IMG/VR virus record: IMGVR_UViG_3300028549_001530
Location: 24,566 to 88,565 of that record
Strand: one strand, 5' to 3'
Source of the DNA: a virus
Taxonomy: Duplodnaviria; Caudoviricetes
Length of the DNA: 64,000 bases
Part shown: positions 59,838 through 64,000 of the stretch, piece after piece
Layout of the letters: every line of letters begins with the position of its first letter
How positions within the stretch are numbered: the first letter of the stretch is position 1
The notes under the pieces: generated by a model
The model's input: only the letters and a program-made list of their open reading frames with translations
Told to the model about the DNA's origin: nothing
Databases searched by the model: none
Translations under genes and position numbers: made by a program

Positions 59838-61310
59838 ATGTTTGCAATTAATAACGCAGAAAACTTCATTATTGAAGATCTTATCTATATACCTACAGGC
59901 GAATATATGCCTGTATTTAATAGACCTTATACAGTTAACGTCACTAAGTCTGCTATCGACACAGTAGTAGATCGTATGTATGACACCAAAGCTGGTAAAG
60001 TTACACCTAACATTGTTAACGGTGTTGCTAATGAAATCATTCAACCAAGTTCAGTTGGTTTTCAAACTTCTATTAACAGCGATTGGCTATCAACAAAGAA
60101 GTTTATCTTTATGATGAAAGTCAGAACAACTGATATGACTGGTGTTGAAATTACAAGCTATATTCAAGGTTATACTGACTATAATGGCATCACGTCATCT
60201 GGTAACATTGATGGTCAACTCAATCACTACATCAACAATGTGATTGAAACAACAACAATGATTATTAACACACCACTAGGAACTATTCGTAAAGAAAAGC
60301 TTTATAAAATCTATAACCTTTTCTTTAATAACGGTGTTAATGAAGTTTTTACACAAAGACCTACTGATATCTTAGAAAATATTGGGTTGATGAACTATAC
60401 AGCTATGATGGGAGATTCTACAGATTTAAATAGTTATCTTTCAACGGCCTTTATGAACTCTTTTGACAAGAAGAGTATATCTTCTAGTATTGATAACAAT
60501 ATCACAACAAGCTATTTAAGTAATATATTAACAGCTGGTATGCTTGATAACAAGAATAAAGAAATTCATGTTAATTCTTACAGTATAGCAGATGCGTCAG
60601 CTAGTAATATTAGTGTTAATATACCAGAACCAAGTATAAATGATAATAGATTTTTAAAGTATTTAAGCAGAAGTGGTGGTTATAACTCTGTTGTAAGTTC
60701 AGTCTTTAATTTTCAACAGCTTCTTAACATTGACCCAACTATATACGGAAGGTTTAAGCTTCTTAATATCACTAAAGATTATGTTAACCCAGTTATTCAA
60801 GCAACACCTGAAGTTGGAGACTATTGGCATGGCCAAGACCCAGTTACAATTAAGGCGTATTCTCTTATTGAGAACTCAGTCTCTTTAGCACTAAAGTACG
60901 GCTTTAACAAGATTTACTTTACTGCGTCTAATATGACTAATCCTTCAGGTATGGCTGAGGTTTTTATCACTAACTTTAACTCTTTTATTAACTTAGAGGA
61001 GCAAGACTTTAACTACATCTTGGAGATCTTTAAGAGTAAGTTTATTAATGATATCTTCCTCAATGAGAGTAATTCTGGAACAGTATCTCTACATTTAGAA
61101 GTGTACGTGGATTTACTTGGCACCACAAAGATTAATCTATCTTATGCAGGTTACCCATCTAACTGGTATACAATTCCAACATTTGCTAACAGTCTGTTTT
61201 CACCAGTTGTGACAGTAGACAAAAACGCTGTAGACTATATGTCTTTTCAGTTAAACAATGTGATTTCAACATTATCGACTGAGTTTGTGGATCAAAAAGC
61301 TTATTATTAA
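59838..61310 (+). CDS. PicA/Imp1-like nuclear import protein (phiKZ gp69-like)
   Basis: RPY, QRP.D, DYWHG, DLLG.T.I.., P.FA.SL.SPV segments; synteny. Confidence 0.55.
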   Translation: MFAINNAENFIIEDLIYIPTGEYMPVFNRPYTVNVTKSAIDTVVDRMYDTKAGKVTPNIVNGVANEIIQPSSVGFQTSINSDWLSTKKFIFMMKVRTTDMTGVEITSYIQGYTDYNGITSSGNIDGQLNHYINNVIETTTMIINTPLGTIRKEKLYKIYNLFFNNGVNEVFTQRPTDILENIGLMNYTAMMGDSTDLNSYLSTAFMNSFDKKSISSSIDNNITTSYLSNILTAGMLDNKNKEIHVNSYSIADASASNISVNIPEPSINDNRFLKYLSRSGGYNSVVSSVFNFQQLLNIDPTIYGRFKLLNITKDYVNPVIQATPEVGDYWHGQDPVTIKAYSLIENSVSLALKYGFNKIYFTASNMTNPSGMAEVFITNFNSFINLEEQDFNYILEIFKSKFINDIFLNESNSGTVSLHLEVYVDLLGTTKINLSYAGYPSNWYTIPTFANSLFSPVVTVDKNAVDYMSFQLNNVISTLSTEFVDQKAYY

Positions 61311-61322
61311 CAAAGGAAAAAC

Positions 61323-62792
61323 ATGAATAACAACGGAAATCTCAATCCCACTATCGAGGCATTTTACTTATCAATTTTAGATTATAGTGGTCTAAAAGTT
61401 GATGATGGTATTATTGCTAACATTGATGAGAAAATCGGTGACATCACTATTGACGATAAACCACTGGCTCTTCCTTACTTTAGTGTTTTGAAGAACCCAA
61501 ATGGTAAACTTATCTTTCATCCACTTAACGAGAACTACACTAACCCTGAGACGTCTGTATTTAACCTCTATAAACGTAGGCTCACTCTTGAGATCAACAC
61601 ACGTTTGGCAGCGTTGATTGTGAACTTAATTACATTAGCATCTGATGTTCAAATACAGCAGAAAGTCAAATCAAGTAAGTTAGTTGATATTATCAGTAAT
61701 ATTGGGGAAGTAGATCACTCTATCATTGAGAACTTTATGCTAGCTGCTAAGAACAGTCGTAAAGTTAACGATGTTGGATATATCTTAGATATCTTCTTGA
61801 AGAAAAATGGTTCTATAGGAGATACACCTTACCCAGCTATCGGTAAAATTAACTTTGTAATGTATAATGAGATCTCTAAATCTCTAGAAGACAAAGACCG
61901 TGAGTATAGGGTTTTTGGCAGCAGACTTCGGAAAAAAGATTTGCTTGCTCTTAACAACATCTTTAATGTGATCTTTCCCAATATCTCTGAAAAAGATGTC
62001 TATGTTGAAGGAACAGACAATAAGATCTTTAGGTATCTAAACATTTTGATTAAGACCTCTTACCTTATTACCAATAGGATCAATGAGCTCATCAAGTTAA
62101 TTAATGCCGTTAAAGAACCTACTATCAACATGGATGAGTTTATATTTAACCATGAGTGGACCAAACACTTAGAAGAGCTTTATTCTATGTCAGCACAAAT
62201 TAGGGTTATTCCTAACCAAGATGATGTAAGGGTAGAGTCTACTAAGTTAAAGATTGATGAGAGTAAAGCTTCTGTAGACCAAGCACAAAATCCACCACAA
62301 TTTATCCCACAGCCACAGCAGATCATGCAACCACAAGTTGTTCAACCTGTTATGCAACAGCCTATGCAACAGCAGCCACTCGCTCCTGAAGATATCATTA
62401 AGGCTGGAATGGGATATAGTGGTGGACTGATGCCTCAGCAGATGATGCAACCTCAGTTTCAGCAACCTATGATGATGCAGCAACCCATGATGCAGCCTCA
62501 GGTGTCTACTCCACAATGGGTTCAACAAGAACTTGTTAGATCAGGTGTTAACCCACAGCAACAAATGGTACAACCTATGATGCAGCCTCAGTTTCAGCAG
62601 CCTATGATGATGCAGCAACCCATGATGCAACCTCAGTTTCAGCAACCCATGATGCAACAACCTATGATGATGCAGCCTCAGTTCCAACAACCGATGATGC
62701 AACCTCAGTTTCAGCAACCTATGGTTGGAAATAACCAAGGGTTGCAAGTCAACCCACAGATGTTAGGTCGAATTCAACAACCTTGGCAGTAG
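61323..62792 (+). CDS. gp70-like protein with Q/M/P-rich C-terminal tail
   Basis: FHPL.E......S motif in the N-terminal domain; low-complexity tail; synteny. Confidence 0.6.
   Translation: MNNNGNLNPTIEAFYLSILDYSGLKVDDGIIANIDEKIGDITIDDKPLALPYFSVLKNPNGKLIFHPLNENYTNPETSVFNLYKRRLTLEINTRLAALIVNLITLASDVQIQQKVKSSKLVDIISNIGEVDHSIIENFMLAAKNSRKVNDVGYILDIFLKKNGSIGDTPYPAIGKINFVMYNEISKSLEDKDREYRVFGSRLRKKDLLALNNIFNVIFPNISEKDVYVEGTDNKIFRYLNILIKTSYLITNRINELIKLINAVKEPTINMDEFIFNHEWTKHLEELYSMSAQIRVIPNQDDVRVESTKLKIDESKASVDQAQNPPQFIPQPQQIMQPQVVQPVMQQPMQQQPLAPEDIIKAGMGYSGGLMPQQMMQPQFQQPMMMQQPMMQPQVSTPQWVQQELVRSGVNPQQQMVQPMMQPQFQQPMMMQQPMMQPQFQQPMMQQPMMMQPQFQQPMMQPQFQQPMVGNNQGLQVNPQMLGRIQQPWQ
62440..62725 (+). repeat. 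Coding tandem repeats (MMQPQFQQP units)
   Basis: Repeated atgatgca(a/g)cctcagttt/ccagca(a/g)cc(t/c) units. Confidence 0.9.
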
Positions 62793-62834
62793 ATTTAGTG
62801 AAAGAAATCTCTATTAAATAACCAAAGGTTTTAG

Positions 62835-64000
62835 ACGCAAGCTCCGGACTTCAGTCCGGAGTTAGTCGTAAATATTGTTATAGGGTAACATAATCAACAC
62901 AACTTAAATGAAAGGGTTACAACATGGAACAGTCTCCTAAAAAGCCCTTCGTTAAGGGTTACAAATACCGCATCTATCCTACAGACGAGCAAAAGCAGTT
63001 CTTAGCTGAAGTTTTCGGCGCTAACCGATTCCTATGGAACCAGCTACTTAAAGAGTCCCAAGAAGCCTATAAGCTCTATGAGTTTCAAAAGTCACAAACC
63101 CCAGAGGTGGAAGTCAATTCCCCTGACACCTCAGGCTACGGCTTCGTTAACAAGATACCAGCCCTTAAAGAGCTTCACCCTTGGATGAAACTCTACTCTA
63201 ATGTAGCCTTCCAGCAAACAGCCATAACTCTCGGGACAGCTTTTGCTAACTTCTTCAGAGGTCGCAAACTCCATAAAAGAGTAGGCAAGCCTAAATTCAA
63301 GAAGCGCTCTAATGACCAAGGGTTTCACCTAACCACCAGTGGTTTTCGCCTCAAAGGTAAAGAGCTCTATATCGCTAAGCTTGACACTCCCCTTAAAGTC
63401 ATATGGAGCAGAGAGTTGCCAAGTGAGCCTAACTCCATCACTATCACCAAGAATGCAAGTGGTGACTACTACGTCTCCTTCACCTGTGAGTACACGCCTC
63501 AAAAGACTGCAGGTGAGACCAACGTAGGCATCGACCTAGGTATCAAAACCTACGCAACTCTCTCTACAGGTGACAAACTAGAGAACCCCAGGTGGCTTCA
63601 AAACCACCTTAAATCCCTTAAGCGTCACCAAAAATCCCTCTCAAGGAAAATCAAAGGAAGTAAGAACCGCACTAAAGCACGCATCAAAGTAGCTAAGCTA
63701 CACCAAAAGGTCACCAACGCCCGTCATGACTGGCAACACAAGGCAACTCGTACACTGGTTAACAATAGCCACGTTATCGGTGTAGAAGCCCTAGCTGTCG
63801 CCAACATGATACGTAACCGCAAGCTCAGTAGAGCGATACAAGACGCAGCCTGGTCTTCGTTCTTCCAGAAGCTTCAGTACAAGGTGGTGGAATCCCAACA
63901 TGCTACCCTCATCTATATGAGTCGCTTCTTCCCAAGCAGCCATATCTGTTCACTAACAGGTAAGCAGCTTGAGAGGAAGCTCTCACTATCTGAGCGCACT
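62835..64000 (+). mobile_element. Second IS1341-type tnpB element (runs off the window)
   Basis: Preceded by TTAG; left-end hairpin ctccggac-ttca-gtccggag. Confidence 0.85.
62924..64000 (+). CDS. tnpB: TnpB, partial at the window edge (absent from the ORF track)
   Basis: Manual translation: MEQSPKKPFVKGYKYRIYPT...GIDLG...VEAL...SSHICSLTG, open to the end of the window. Confidence 0.93.
   Translation, partial: MEQSPKKPFVKGYKYRIYPTDEQKQFLAEVFGANRFLWNQLLKESQEAYKLYEFQKSQTPEVEVNSPDTSGYGFVNKIPALKELHPWMKLYSNVAFQQTAITLGTAFANFFRGRKLHKRVGKPKFKKRSNDQGFHLTTSGFRLKGKELYIAKLDTPLKVIWSRELPSEPNSITITKNASGDYYVSFTCEYTPQKTAGETNVGIDLGIKTYATLSTGDKLENPRWLQNHLKSLKRHQKSLSRKIKGSKNRTKARIKVAKLHQKVTNARHDWQHKATRTLVNNSHVIGVEALAVANMIRNRKLSRAIQDAAWSSFFQKLQYKVVESQHATLIYMSRFFPSSHICSLTGKQLERKLSLSERT

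Noticed and set aside
62247-62747. His/Leu-rich minus-strand ORFs
   Set aside because: They are reverse-frame readings of the Q/M/P repeat.
63131-63527. Short minus-strand ORFs
   Set aside because: They are antisense to the partial tnpB.
1-64000. Stop-codon reassignment
   Set aside because: Genes are full length under code 11 and end in TAA, TAG and TGA; the breaks seen are explained by introns.

Overview
This AT-rich window is part of a nucleus-forming, phiKZ-like jumbo phage genome (Chimalliviridae-type), read with the standard genetic code. Core genes include chimallin (ChmA), PhuZ tubulin, virion and non-virion RNA polymerase beta-prime subunits, a gp67/68/69/70-like block (ChmC, sigma-like subunit, PicA), terminase large subunit, SbcD-like nuclease, RuvC, a spanin pair and a tape-measure-like protein split into two genes. 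Mobile genetic load is heavy. There are three ORF-less group I introns: in the class II ribonucleotide reductase thiyl-Cys codon, in the RNAP NADFDG|D motif and in a CAU-anticodon tRNA. NrdJ also carries three inteins. IS200/IS605-family elements include an IsrB with its omegaRNA, two mosaic TnpB elements and two element-end remnants. Accessory genes include two NADAR-like proteins plus a Nudix, and DHH, SLOG, hemerythrin and HDOD proteins. A promoter motif, CATATATA-N5-TGT, recurs nine times, and some copies are followed by covarying leader hairpins. phiKZ gp-number equivalences come from recalled family motifs and synteny, not from database searches.
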